Assembly: GCA_963737265.1 (NCBI GenBank)
Contig: CAVTRY010000025.1
Span: 1 to 59,653 of the forward strand
Reading direction: 5' to 3'
DNA from: an uncultured delta proteobacterium
GTDB lineage: Bacteria > Myxococcota_A > Polyangia > Fen-1088
DNA length: 59,653 nt
Positions 20,268-30,424 of the stretch are shown in pieces (position 1 is the stretch's first letter; every line of letters begins with the position of its first letter). Under the pieces are notes generated by a model that was not told where the DNA came from, did not search any database, and worked only from the letters and a program-made list of their open reading frames with translations. The position numbers and the translations under genes were made by a program.

Positions 20268-20468
20268 ATGCCACGTTCTTCTCGGATCTTTAGCAGCCAC
20301 GCCCAGTTTTGGGTCGCTATCACCGTTCTGGCAGTTGCGTCGTGTCGCGCGAGCTGCATGCCCACCTGCGCCTGGCAAGACAACGTCACGGGGCAGAATT
20401 TGTCGGTCGTCGGCCAGTACAATTCGTTTTACTCGTGCAACCAGAGTGGCAATCCGGTTACGCAGTAG
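20268..20468 (+). pseudogene. Short signal-peptide ORF (66 aa), possibly a truncated secreted protein
   Basis: AAGGAG upstream, hydrophobic N-terminus, abrupt end. Confidence 0.35.
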
Positions 20469-20631
20469 CGGGTGGCAGTTTGACCTGCATGCAGATCTGC
20501 TTACAGGCTCTTGTGCTTGGCGGGGTGCGTCCCGGAAATTTCTGTCGCGTGCCCTCAAATTTGTGAGGCGGGAAGCGAGCTACTCCGGCGTCAACGCGAT
20601 GAAATTCCGGCGGGCCCAGGCGTTTGGAGTG

Positions 20632-20647
20632 TGGCCCGGCTCTTGCT
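20632..20647 (+). promoter_or_regulatory. Sigma54 -24/-12 promoter of the beta-propeller lipoprotein
   Basis: TGGCCCG-GCTC-TTGCT (GG-N10-GC) ends 24 bp before ATG 20672; AT-rich palindromes at ~20533-20568 could be activator sites. Confidence 0.75.
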
Positions 20648-20671
20648 GGGTACACGCGGCGAGGCACAAGC

Positions 20672-23509
20672 ATGACCAAGAGAATGACAAGGTTCGTCCC
20701 GGCATCCCTGGTGGGGACTGCCATCCTTGTGGCGACCGCGGGCTGCGGCGTCGAGGGCGCTTCCAAGGGCGCCAGCGACGCGTCGGCCCCGCCTGCTACC
20801 ACCGCACTGGCCGCCTATACGCTGAGCTATCGGAGCGGGGTTCGGGTCCCGTCCGATGGAACGATCATGAGCTTCGACGACTTCGCGGCGCAGGTCAGTC
20901 GGCTGGATCCCCTCGCCGCCAAGCGCTGCCCCGTGACCCGTGATGCCGAGCTGCAGGCGGCGGTCGACGCCCTGGGAGGCATCACGTGGACTCACCCGGT
21001 CGAGATCCTCAAGGACCAGAGTTTGCCTCCTCTTTACCGTGGCCATATCCCGCCCCAGTCCTTCTTCCCGCCCGCGGCCACGGCCGGAGCCAGCGACTCG
21101 GCTCCCACCATCGAACGCCCCGATCTCGTGGGCTACCAAGGGAACATCGCGATCTTCCTCTCGCAGGTGTATGGCCTCTTGGCGGTCAAGACCGACGGGC
21201 CCGCGCCCGTGTTGAGCTGCGCCCTCAGCCTCCCCGGACAGCCGAAGTACTTCTTCTATCACGGCAACGAGTTGGTATTGCTGGTCAATGGATTGTCGGC
21301 TCGCGAAGCGGCGCTCTTGCGCTTTGCCGTCTCCTCCACCGGCTTCACCTTCGTGGACGCCGTGATGCTCGACAATCAACAGATCTTGGACGCGCGCCTC
21401 TTCGACAGCACCCTGGTGATCTACGCCAGCACGTCGACCCCGCCCGCGCCGTCCTCTTCCCTCCCGTCCCTCGACGGCGGCGTGGCCACCGGCGGCCCCA
21501 GCAGCGGCGGCACGGCCGGCCCCGCGTTGCCGGTTTCCGTGATCGGTCAGACCACCGCGACCACCGGGGTGAAAGTGACAGCGGTGAAATGGGACACGGC
21601 GCTCACGGTGGCGTGGTCGGAAGAATTCCCCAATGACCACCCGGTCTCCGATCCGCTGGCCGGGCAAAACCCGGTGGATGCCGCCAAGCTGCTCTCGGTC
21701 GGCGACGTGGTGGCGACCGCCCGCACCTACAAGTCGTTCATCAGCGCGAGCGACGGCTACTTCGTGGTCAGCCGCGACGTCGATCGGACCGTGTTCACCG
21801 GCACGCAATCCCAGACCTACACGTATTGCGCCGCCAGCCATCCGGGCCCCGAGCAGACCTTTACCTATTGCACGCCCACCTACGAGCAACGGCCGAACCC
21901 CGACTACAAGGATCCACAATCCACCAAGGGCGATTACCCCTGCAACGGCAAGACCCTTCTCGACTGCATTCAGGAAGCAGCCCCCACCGTCAGCCGCTAC
22001 ATCTACGTCCGCACCGGCCAGACCTGCAATACCTACAGCTACCACGACTACATCTGCGACCGAAACGAGACGCAAACCGTCTCGTACCCCACCTACCGGA
22101 CCGACAGCAGCACGCAGTTCGTGGTCTACCGCTATGCCAACGGCGATTTCGTCAAGTTGGACCAGCAGCTGTACGAAATGGCGTCCCCCGGCACCACCAC
22201 GGGCAGTGTCCCGACCCTCACCTTCTCGGGACAGCCGTTGGAGGTTAGCGGCTCGATCGACCAGAAGGGCGATCTGCAGTTCCAACACGGGCAGTTCTAC
22301 GTGCTCACCAACCAGGGGCAGGTGCTGCACACGCTGCTCATTGCCGGCAACTCCGTCGCCGAGCTCGGCACCCTGAACACGCCGCGCGCGGGCGGCAGCT
22401 ACTCCTACTCGGGTGACCATGCGACGCTGTTTTCGGACACGCGCATGATGGTGTCGCGCGCCTACTACGACTCGTCGGCGCCCAAGGGTATCTACCAGTG
22501 GTCGGATGTCCTCATGCTCGACCTCGGCGTCCCGTCGTTCCCCTCCGCGATCGAAGAGTTCGTGATGCCGGGATCGAGCGCCCAGCTCATCCTGGCCAGC
22601 TCCGGCATCCTCGGCCCCGGCACGGTCAGCTTCACCTCGGGCGGCGTGCAGCGGAATCTGGAGAAGATCACGCTGTTCAGCCAAAACGACGCGAGCGAGA
22701 TCGACAACGTGCTGCTGGGAACCGAGTACAACGCCAGTTTCGTCTCGACCTGGTTCGCGACCGACGACGATCAACGCATTCGCTTGGACGACGGCAGCCA
22801 ACGGCTGTTCTTGCCCTACGGCGGTTACCTCGATGCCCCGCAGAGCGCGTTCAATCCCGCCGCGCACCGCCTTAACATCACTGCCGTCGGGGCCGGAACC
22901 GGGCTCGCCTCTGAAATGACCTTCGACCTGGTCGAGGACATCGTTCGCACCGTCTCCATCGACTCGTCCCCGACGGCCGGCCACGCCCTGGCGTTCGGCA
23001 ATTCATCCATTTACGGCCTCGACCAGGGGGACCAGGGGTGGTCGCTCGACGTGCTCGAAGAGATCGCCACGCCCATGGCCGTCTACCGGCTGAGCGACAC
23101 AGGAGACCTTCATGCCCGCATCGACCGCGTGGGTGCGCGCTGCTTCGTCTCGACCTTCCAAGGCAGCGCCAACGCCTTCACCTCGACCCCGCTTGCCACC
23201 GGCCCGCGGATCGCCTGCCCCGAGACCGGGATGCCGGTGGCGGTGGGCCTCCAGGTAGTCTTCTCCGATTCCTCCACGGGCTGGGGCCTAAGCAGCGACG
23301 GCCTTACCATCACCTCGCTTGGCGCCGCCGACGTCAAGGATGCCCTCACCCACATTCGCAGCGACGTGTACTGTGCCCTCGACGGCAGCACGCAGAACGG
23401 CACGCCGGTTCCCTACCTCGATGCGGTTCCGAGCACGGTGCAATGCTTCGACTGGCAGTCCGGCAATCCCCTGGGCGGACCGACGGACACCATCTCGCCC
23501 GGGAAGTGA
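20672..23509 (+). CDS. Large lipoprotein, beta-propeller domain family (PF09826-like)
   Basis: Lipobox TAGC; IERPDLVGYQGNIAIFLSQVYGLL resembles the family IEEADIV..G motif; RLFLPY near C-terminus. Confidence 0.75.
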   Translation: MTKRMTRFVPASLVGTAILVATAGCGVEGASKGASDASAPPATTALAAYTLSYRSGVRVPSDGTIMSFDDFAAQVSRLDPLAAKRCPVTRDAELQAAVDALGGITWTHPVEILKDQSLPPLYRGHIPPQSFFPPAATAGASDSAPTIERPDLVGYQGNIAIFLSQVYGLLAVKTDGPAPVLSCALSLPGQPKYFFYHGNELVLLVNGLSAREAALLRFAVSSTGFTFVDAVMLDNQQILDARLFDSTLVIYASTSTPPAPSSSLPSLDGGVATGGPSSGGTAGPALPVSVIGQTTATTGVKVTAVKWDTALTVAWSEEFPNDHPVSDPLAGQNPVDAAKLLSVGDVVATARTYKSFISASDGYFVVSRDVDRTVFTGTQSQTYTYCAASHPGPEQTFTYCTPTYEQRPNPDYKDPQSTKGDYPCNGKTLLDCIQEAAPTVSRYIYVRTGQTCNTYSYHDYICDRNETQTVSYPTYRTDSSTQFVVYRYANGDFVKLDQQLYEMASPGTTTGSVPTLTFSGQPLEVSGSIDQKGDLQFQHGQFYVLTNQGQVLHTLLIAGNSVAELGTLNTPRAGGSYSYSGDHATLFSDTRMMVSRAYYDSSAPKGIYQWSDVLMLDLGVPSFPSAIEEFVMPGSSAQLILASSGILGPGTVSFTSGGVQRNLEKITLFSQNDASEIDNVLLGTEYNASFVSTWFATDDDQRIRLDDGSQRLFLPYGGYLDAPQSAFNPAAHRLNITAVGAGTGLASEMTFDLVEDIVRTVSIDSSPTAGHALAFGNSSIYGLDQGDQGWSLDVLEEIATPMAVYRLSDTGDLHARIDRVGARCFVSTFQGSANAFTSTPLATGPRIACPETGMPVAVGLQVVFSDSSTGWGLSSDGLTITSLGAADVKDALTHIRSDVYCALDGSTQNGTPVPYLDAVPSTVQCFDWQSGNPLGGPTDTISPGK

Positions 23510-23609
23510 ACGGTCGCGCGTGCGGCGAGGGAAGGAGCCGTTCTCAAGACGTGTCTGTCAATCGCGGTGTCACAGGCCGAGACAAGGTGCGCGATGTGCG
23601 CCATGTTTG

Positions 23610-25412
23610 CTAACTTCTGTTCCGTCGCCGCGTGACGAGCAAAGCGAGCGCGCCAACCACTAGAAAAGCGGCCGTCTCACCGTGCGGGGCGCGCGCACCG
23701 ACGGCGCATCCACGGCCGCTGGAGCCGGCCGAGCCGCCTGCCGTGGCTCCGCCGGTGTTGGCCGTTCCGGTGGCGCCACCGTTGCCAGCGCTACTGCCGC
23801 TTGGGGAGCCCCCGTTTGCGCTCGCGATGCTCCCGCCCGCGCCCGGTAGGCCGCCGGCACCCATGCTGTCTCCTCCGCCCGCTGCTCCACCATTGCCGGC
23901 CAAGGAACTTCCTCCGGTGCTAACCGCGCCGGCGTTGCTTCCGCTCGCTCCCGCACGGGCACCCGTGCCGGCGTCGCTTCGTGTGCTGCCGCCGCTGCCC
24001 GCGGCACCGCCGCTGCCCGCGGCACCGCCGCTGCCCGCGGCACCGCCGCTACCCGTGGTGCCACCGTTGCCTGCGATCGTTCCGCCCGTCCCAGTGGTCG
24101 TCGTGGCGCCGAATTCGTAGGCACCGAGGTCGGGAGCCTTGCCCACGAAGGGGAGACCGACGTTGGTGCCCTTGTCGATCATTCGGCTACTGGCACTCAG
24201 ATGCAGCATGGCGCATGCAGCGGGCATGCTGCCATCCGCCTCCCGCGGGCCGTCGCAGCCGGTGTCCGAGATGCTGGCAAAATCGCTGGCCGCTGGGGTA
24301 ATCCCCAAGTCCCAGGTATTGAACTGGCTGCCGACGCCTCCCATGTTGGAATTCTTGTCCGGAAAGCCGATGTTATTCCGCATGATGTGCACCTTGGTGC
24401 CGGTCAGGATAATGGTTCCCGTTACGGCACCGGAGGCATCAAAACTGCTAGCCAGCATGTTGTACTGAGTCCCGTTGTTGTACGATGTGTTATTGTACCA
24501 AGTGTTGCCACCCGTGGAGTGGTTGGCATAGAAGCCCGACGCCGAGTTACTCCACGCAACGTTGTTTTGCACGAGATGCCTGATGCCAGTCTTGCTGCTT
24601 CCTATCTTGAACCCGTTGCCGTTACCAGAAGTGCCGTAGCCCATCTTGAAAGCCCAGCTATTCTCGATCGTGACAGGAACCTCTTGCGAGATGAAGTCGT
24701 ATCCATCATCAGAGTTGTGCCATGAGCGGCACCCACGGATAATGGTGCCAGGGCCGGTGTTTTGATAGTGAACGCCAAACCCGTCGCCGTTTTGCCCGTC
24801 CCCCTGACTGCCGTCCTTGTCGTAGTTGTCGTGCGAATCGCAATTCAGAAGTAAGTTGCCGCCTGTGCCGGTATCGATGAACAGCCCTGGCCCGAAGCCG
24901 TTGTGGATGTTCAGCAGTTCGAAGGTGTTGTTGCTTGCGTTCTTTGTGCGCAGCAGAGAATAGGAGTGGGAGCCACTGGATCCAACCTTGCCGTTGGCGA
25001 TCTCGAGTCCCTTGAGGTGCATCCAGCTGCCGGTAACGATGATGGCTGGATGGTCCGACGACTCGCTGGCCAATGAGTAATTCGAGAAGTCGAGAACCGG
25101 CACCTCGCCCGTATATGCCCAAATCTTGGTGCGGTTGGTGTCGGAAGATCCGCTTCTTGAAAGCGTGATTTGACTCGTGCAGTTGTAAGCTCCCGCGCGC
25201 ATCCAGATGGTATCCCCCGCGGCGGCGGAGTCGTTTGCCTTCTGAAGCCTGGCGAAGGGCGCCGCCTGCGTCCCGGCATTCGAATCGCTGCCGGACGGAG
25301 ACACGTAGTATTCCGCGGCCGACGCCCGCCCGAGGCAAACACAAAAGAACGCAACGCCAGCCAAGAGCACGGCCGGTATCTTCGAATCTCGTGAGACGTA
25401 TCTATTTGTCAT
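23610..25412 (-). CDS. PL9 pectate/rhamnogalacturonan lyase with Gly-rich linker and MYXO-CTERM-like tail
   Basis: YYVSPSGSDSNAGT, NGDGFG, NSDDGYD, GNGFKIG (catalytic Lys), APDLGAYE; tail GCAVG..TM..RRR. Confidence 0.9.
   Translation of the reverse strand: MTNRYVSRDSKIPAVLLAGVAFFCVCLGRASAAEYYVSPSGSDSNAGTQAAPFARLQKANDSAAAGDTIWMRAGAYNCTSQITLSRSGSSDTNRTKIWAYTGEVPVLDFSNYSLASESSDHPAIIVTGSWMHLKGLEIANGKVGSSGSHSYSLLRTKNASNNTFELLNIHNGFGPGLFIDTGTGGNLLLNCDSHDNYDKDGSQGDGQNGDGFGVHYQNTGPGTIIRGCRSWHNSDDGYDFISQEVPVTIENSWAFKMGYGTSGNGNGFKIGSSKTGIRHLVQNNVAWSNSASGFYANHSTGGNTWYNNTSYNNGTQYNMLASSFDASGAVTGTIILTGTKVHIMRNNIGFPDKNSNMGGVGSQFNTWDLGITPAASDFASISDTGCDGPREADGSMPAACAMLHLSASSRMIDKGTNVGLPFVGKAPDLGAYEFGATTTTGTGGTIAGNGGTTGSGGAAGSGGAAGSGGAAGSGGSTRSDAGTGARAGASGSNAGAVSTGGSSLAGNGGAAGGGDSMGAGGLPGAGGSIASANGGSPSGSSAGNGGATGTANTGGATAGGSAGSSGRGCAVGARAPHGETAAFLVVGALALLVTRRRNRS
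23989..24055. repeat. 18-bp coding tandem repeat (GSGGAA, ~3.7 copies) in PL9 linker
   Basis: ccgccgctgcccgcggca x3 plus a partial copy. Confidence 0.9.
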
Positions 25413-25458
25413 AACTGTCCTTTCCACGACCTCGATGCGTTGGCTCTGACCCCATGCG

Positions 25459-26985
25459 CTATGGCGACCTAGTGCCGGCGCCGATGTCGAGCTTCCAACT
25501 CGCGTTGTAGGTTGGCAGCGAAATCTTGTTTCCGGTGAAGACAATCGGCTGGAAGACATAGGTCGTGAGGTAGTTGTACTTGCCGGGAGCCGTCGTGTTT
25601 TGGTCGCCATACCAGTGGTCTCCCCAGAACATGTAGACCGTCCCCAGACTTCCCACGACGGGTTGAACCCAGGTGGTTTGGGTCATCCAGGTTAGCTTGC
25701 CGACGGGTGCGAGATATCCTTGGTAGGTCCACGGGCCGGTCATGGCAGGCGCCGTGCAGTAGAAATTGTCGTTCGCGCGCCACCCTGTCTTGTCCGAGCC
25801 GATCCAATAGTAGGTACTGCCAGCCCTGAAAATCGTGGGTGCTTCCGAACCCCCGGTGGTTCCATTCACGGCTGAGTAATGATTGGCCGATTTCCAGCTG
25901 TGACAATCGCTCGCCAGTGGATAGACCCAGCCGCTCTCGGTGGCGACGTAGGCGCCGGTGTCGTCCGCGAACGCGGTCATATCGCTGTGGGCGGCGATGG
26001 TTCCGCTGGCGTTCGTGAGGGAACCTTTGAAGCTGTACACCCCATTGACCGTGGGAGATGTCGCGTAGACCACTTCCTTGTCCACCTGATAGGTCAGATC
26101 GGCCGAGTGGGCGTAGAGAACGAACTCGCCAGTGGCGGGACACTTGATGATATGCGGTCGCTCGCCCTTTCGGTTTGGCCCTAGCTGGCCGCTCGGCTGC
26201 ACGGGTAGGATCATTTTTTCGAATTTCCAGGTCGCCATGTCCGTCGATGAGTACATCGAGAAGCCGCTGAAGTCGTTGCTGTCGGGCGGGTTTGTGAAGT
26301 ATTCACCGTGCAGGTAGAAGGTGTTGCACACCCTGATGATGCCGCCGCCGTGGGCGTCGACCAGGTTACCGTCGGTGTCCTTGAAGGTGATGCCCGGCGG
26401 GTTTGGGGGCGAAACGTTGTTGGTTCCAATCGGGTCGGTCAGAGCTCCAACGGGACCCGATCCCGCAGCGCCACAGCTCGTGTTCCCGCCAGAGCCCGCC
26501 GCTCCACTCGAGCCACCGGCGACGGTTACCCCTCCGGCGCTGGTGCTTCCGGCGAGACCGCCGGTTCCGCCCCTGCCCGTGGTTCCGCCTAAGGTGACGG
26601 TTCCGCTTGCCCCGCCGAGCGCGGGCACGCCGCCACTGCCACCGCTTTCGCTCGTGCCGCCAAATCCAGTCGCGCCGCCGGCCGCCCCTCCCGGACCACC
26701 ACCCCCCTGACTCAGAGTGCCACCCGCGTTCGTCCCGCCGAGCATCGGGACGCCACCCGAGCCGGACATCCTGCCGGACATCCCGCCACTTCCCGAACGA
26801 CCTCCCGATTGCTGAGTCCCTGCCGACCCGCCGGCACTTGATGACAGAGCACTCACGCCTCCCGTCGAGGGGCTGTTTCCTCCCGTGCCAGTCGAGGTAC
26901 TGGCCGAACCACTGGTTCCCGACGAGCAAGCCTGAAAGAGCGCACCAACCGCAAGGAGCATTCCTAGAAATTCATTCCACTTCAT
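25459..26985 (-). CDS. GH43 lipoprotein (subfamily 24-like, exo-beta-1,3-galactanase-type)
   Basis: Lipobox FQAC, Gly-rich linker, DAHGGG, ERPH, EAP and TQTT (Gln base) pattern. Confidence 0.82.
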   Translation of the reverse strand: MKWNEFLGMLLAVGALFQACSSGTSGSASTSTGTGGNSPSTGGVSALSSSAGGSAGTQQSGGRSGSGGMSGRMSGSGGVPMLGGTNAGGTLSQGGGGPGGAAGGATGFGGTSESGGSGGVPALGGASGTVTLGGTTGRGGTGGLAGSTSAGGVTVAGGSSGAAGSGGNTSCGAAGSGPVGALTDPIGTNNVSPPNPPGITFKDTDGNLVDAHGGGIIRVCNTFYLHGEYFTNPPDSNDFSGFSMYSSTDMATWKFEKMILPVQPSGQLGPNRKGERPHIIKCPATGEFVLYAHSADLTYQVDKEVVYATSPTVNGVYSFKGSLTNASGTIAAHSDMTAFADDTGAYVATESGWVYPLASDCHSWKSANHYSAVNGTTGGSEAPTIFRAGSTYYWIGSDKTGWRANDNFYCTAPAMTGPWTYQGYLAPVGKLTWMTQTTWVQPVVGSLGTVYMFWGDHWYGDQNTTAPGKYNYLTTYVFQPIVFTGNKISLPTYNASWKLDIGAGTRSP

Positions 26986-27036
26986 CGGGTTCCTTCTTCG
27001 ATTCTGGGATCGTGCAGGTTTCAGATCACCGTCTGA

Positions 27037-27057
27037 GATCTAAATAGTGTTTAGATC
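27037..27057. promoter_or_regulatory. AT-rich perfect inverted repeat, candidate operator
   Basis: GATCTAAA-N5-TTTAGATC between the divergent GH43 and GH2 genes. Confidence 0.55.
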
Positions 27058-27352
27058 GTGTTAGTGGACGCCTGGCACCCAATAGCTCACGAATGCGCAT
27101 TCTGATCCATGACGCGCCCGATTGGTCGCAGGTGCGTATGTACTGTACTAGAGCATGGTTGGCATGCTATGCACAGCGCCTGCCTTTTGACGACAAGCGG
27201 GCGATCGCGCGGCAGGGAAGTAGGCTGGAGCGTTTTTGACCGAGGTTGTCAGAAATAACGCGGATGAAATCTGTCCGAAATATTGGAACCGGCGGATTCA
27301 AAGAGTGACCAGTTTCATCGTTGGCCTCCCCCCAACGCCAAAGGAGTCTTTC

Positions 27353-30319
27353 ATGCGAAGACAGGGTCCCCTTTTGACCATCCTCTTCTCGACTGCGGTT
27401 GTCGCTTCGGCGTGCTCATCGAGCTCGTCTCCGGACGGCGGCACTGGGAAGACCGGCGGCCAAACTGGCGCGGCCAGCGGCGGCCAAACCGGCGCGGCCA
27501 GCGGCGGCCAAACCGGTCAGCCGAGCGGCGGCCAAACCGGTCAGCCGAGCGGCGGCCAAACCGGTCAGCCGAGCGGCGGCCAAACCGGTCAGCCGAGCGG
27601 CGGCCAAACCACGATGACCTCGGGCGGCCAGCCAAGCGCCAGTGGCGGTGTGATTGCTGGTGGGAATACCGTTGCGTCAGGCGGCCGGACGACCGTCGGC
27701 GGCCAGACGACGGCCAGCGGCGGCGCGGCTGTTACCGGCGGCCAGACCACCGCTTCGGGTGGCACGACCGCGATCACGGGCGGCAGCCCGTATCCAGCGA
27801 CCGAAGGGGATTTCAGCCTCGACGTGGGTTGGCAGTTCAACAAATCGGACGTCACGGGCGCCGAGGCCACAGCTTTCGCCGACACCGGTTCCGGTTGGAG
27901 TCAGGTCAGCACGCCGCACACCTATAATGATATTGATTCTTACAGGGTTCTCATCAACCACAGCGGCGGCGACCATGGAATGTACGCCGGACCGGCATGG
28001 TACCGTAAACATTTCAAGGTTCCTGCCACATTCTCTGGCAACAAGTTAATCGTCGAGTTCGAACGGATCCGAGAATCTGCCACCTTCTATATCAACGGAA
28101 CACAGGTCGGAACCTTCACCGACGGTGTCTCGGCGTGCGGTATCGATATCAGCGGGAAGGTCACTGCGGACGGGACCACCGACAATGTTCTCGCGGTTCG
28201 CGTCGATAACAGCGGCGGCGGTGAGTACTGGAACGCGAATGCCACCAATCCCGACTTCGGGGGATTGGTGGGGCACGCCTGGTTGCACGTGCCGGGCAAG
28301 ATTTACCAGACCTATCCGCTCTACCAAAACCTGAAAACGCAGGGCATTTACATCTACGGCACCAACTACGCCAAGATCACCAACAACACCGCCCAGGGAG
28401 ATACGGGCAACCTGACGCTGAATGTGGAATCCGAGGTGAGCAACGAGTCGGGTGGTGCGGCGAGCGTGATTCTTGGCGTCAAAGTGGTCGATGCAGCAAC
28501 CGGGACGACGTTGACCTCATTGTCAGGAACGGCCACATCGGTCCCGACGACTGGTGCTACGGTGCTCAAGGCCAGCGGGCCGTTGACGGGCGCGAAGCTG
28601 TGGAGCGACTTGTATCCGAATCTCTACAATGTGGTGACGACGCTCACTGTGGGCGGAATCGTGGTCGATGCCAGAAGCACGACGACGGGTTTCCGCCAGG
28701 TTCAATTCAAGGGAGGAGCGGGCACGGGCGGAGTTTACCTCAATGGCCGGTTTATCTACCTTCTTGGCTTCGCCCAACGCGCGACCAATTCATGGGCAGG
28801 GCTCGGCCAGGCAGTGCCGGACTGGATGCACGATTACCAAGCCAATCTGGTCCGGGGCGCAAACGCCAACTACGTTCGCTGGATGCACGTCACGCCGCAG
28901 ATCGAAGACCTCAAATCCGGTGACAAGTTCGGCATCATCAGCATCGTGCCTGCCGCTGACAAGGAGGTGTCCAATCCGACGGACGCCCAGTGGGCGGCGA
29001 GGATGGGCGTCTTTCAATCCAGCATGATTTACGTGAGAAACAATCCAAGCGCCTTCATGTATGAGGCGGGCAACTCCCCAGTTTCCGGCGCCCAGATGCA
29101 AAGCCTGTCCCAGCTCAGGACGCAGTTGGATCCGAACGGTGGCCGCGGTATCGGCGACCGCGATATGGCAGACACCGCTGGCCAGCCCTACGCCGATTGG
29201 TTTGGCACCATGGTTGCCTACAATGGCCCCCCTTCCAGTGGGTACTTCCGCGGCTGCTCCGCCGCGTACCGGGACCAAGGTCCCTGCATCGAAGAGGAAG
29301 ATTTTCGCGATGAGGCCCTTCGTGGGATTTGGGACAACTACTCACCGCCGCACGTTGGCGGCTTCGTTCTAGGGCCGGCGGACACCTACAGTGAGACAGC
29401 GGAGAGTTTCGCGGTGGGAGATGGTTCCGCGGACGACTCAGGGCAAGTGGCCCGGCTTAACGACTGGTTGAAAGTCGAGACGATCCGCAACACCGATCCC
29501 GCCAATTCTTTCTACTCGGGTTACGCCTCGATTTACTTCTCCGATGAGAATGCCGATGGCCGTGAGGATAGCTCCGCCGTCTGTCGCATTGGGGGCAAGG
29601 TCGATGCGGTGCGTTTGCCCAAGGAGGCATACTACGCGTTCCGTGTCGTCGGCAACACGCAGCCTGATATCCACATCATCGGGCACTGGACCTACCCGGC
29701 GGGGACGACGAAGACCATGGTCGTCGTGGCCAACAACGTCTCGTCGGTGGATCTGCTGGTCAACGGCAAATCACTAGGGAAGGTGACCAAAGCCACCAAC
29801 GGCTATCAGTACAGTTGGGCGAACGTCGCTTTCGCCTCGGGCACCATCCAGGCTGTGGGGTACGACGCCAGCGGCAAACAGGTTTGCGAGCATACGTTGA
29901 AGACCGCGGGCGCGGCCGCCGCCATCAAGCTCACGGCCACGACTGCGCCCGGCGGTTTTCTGGCCAATGGCGCGGACGTAGCCATGTTCGACGTCGAGGT
30001 CGTGGATGCGAACGGACTGCGGGTTCCAACCTACGGCCCCACCGCCAAAGCAACGGACAACACTCCCACTGGCGAGCCCAAGATCACTTTTGCGGTGACC
30101 GGGCCCGGAACCTGGCGCGGCGGAGTTAACGAAGGCATGATCAATTCGACGAACAACCTCTATCTGTACACCGAGGGCGGAATCAATCGTGTCTTCATCC
30201 GTTCGCAAACGACCGCCGGAGATATCACGCTGACTGCGTCCAGCCCCGGGCTAACCTCAGCTACGGCTAAAGTCACATCCACGGCGGTCAACGTCGCGGA
30301 CGGTCTGCTCCCGAGGTAG
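27353..30319 (+). CDS. GH2 glycoside hydrolase lipoprotein (with DUF4982-like region)
   Basis: AAGGAG RBS, lipobox ASAC, WYRKHF, ANYVRWMH, RNNPSAFMYEAGN, HIIGHWTY. Confidence 0.9.
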   Translation: MRRQGPLLTILFSTAVVASACSSSSSPDGGTGKTGGQTGAASGGQTGAASGGQTGQPSGGQTGQPSGGQTGQPSGGQTGQPSGGQTTMTSGGQPSASGGVIAGGNTVASGGRTTVGGQTTASGGAAVTGGQTTASGGTTAITGGSPYPATEGDFSLDVGWQFNKSDVTGAEATAFADTGSGWSQVSTPHTYNDIDSYRVLINHSGGDHGMYAGPAWYRKHFKVPATFSGNKLIVEFERIRESATFYINGTQVGTFTDGVSACGIDISGKVTADGTTDNVLAVRVDNSGGGEYWNANATNPDFGGLVGHAWLHVPGKIYQTYPLYQNLKTQGIYIYGTNYAKITNNTAQGDTGNLTLNVESEVSNESGGAASVILGVKVVDAATGTTLTSLSGTATSVPTTGATVLKASGPLTGAKLWSDLYPNLYNVVTTLTVGGIVVDARSTTTGFRQVQFKGGAGTGGVYLNGRFIYLLGFAQRATNSWAGLGQAVPDWMHDYQANLVRGANANYVRWMHVTPQIEDLKSGDKFGIISIVPAADKEVSNPTDAQWAARMGVFQSSMIYVRNNPSAFMYEAGNSPVSGAQMQSLSQLRTQLDPNGGRGIGDRDMADTAGQPYADWFGTMVAYNGPPSSGYFRGCSAAYRDQGPCIEEEDFRDEALRGIWDNYSPPHVGGFVLGPADTYSETAESFAVGDGSADDSGQVARLNDWLKVETIRNTDPANSFYSGYASIYFSDENADGREDSSAVCRIGGKVDAVRLPKEAYYAFRVVGNTQPDIHIIGHWTYPAGTTKTMVVVANNVSSVDLLVNGKSLGKVTKATNGYQYSWANVAFASGTIQAVGYDASGKQVCEHTLKTAGAAAAIKLTATTAPGGFLANGADVAMFDVEVVDANGLRVPTYGPTAKATDNTPTGEPKITFAVTGPGTWRGGVNEGMINSTNNLYLYTEGGINRVFIRSQTTAGDITLTASSPGLTSATAKVTSTAVNVADGLLPR
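27455..27610. repeat. 24-bp coding tandem repeat (GGQTGAAS x2, GGQTGQPS x4, partial)
   Basis: ggcggccaaaccggtcagccgagc units, contiguous with no spacers. Confidence 0.95.
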
Positions 30320-30424
30320 CCTTCAAAATCGCACAGTCGTCAATCCGGAGCGCGTGCGAAAGTCGTCTCGGACGTGCCAGCTCCGGGGAAAGTTCAACTC
30401 GGGAACCATCGCAGGGAGATTTTC

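Noticed and set aside
15078-23000. Long antisense ORFs (15078-16727, 20591-22984 and similar)
   Set aside because: Typical high-GC shadow frames opposite well-supported genes.
27455-27610. Possible CRISPR array
   Set aside because: Repeats are contiguous, in frame within the GH2 linker, without unique spacers; no cas genes.
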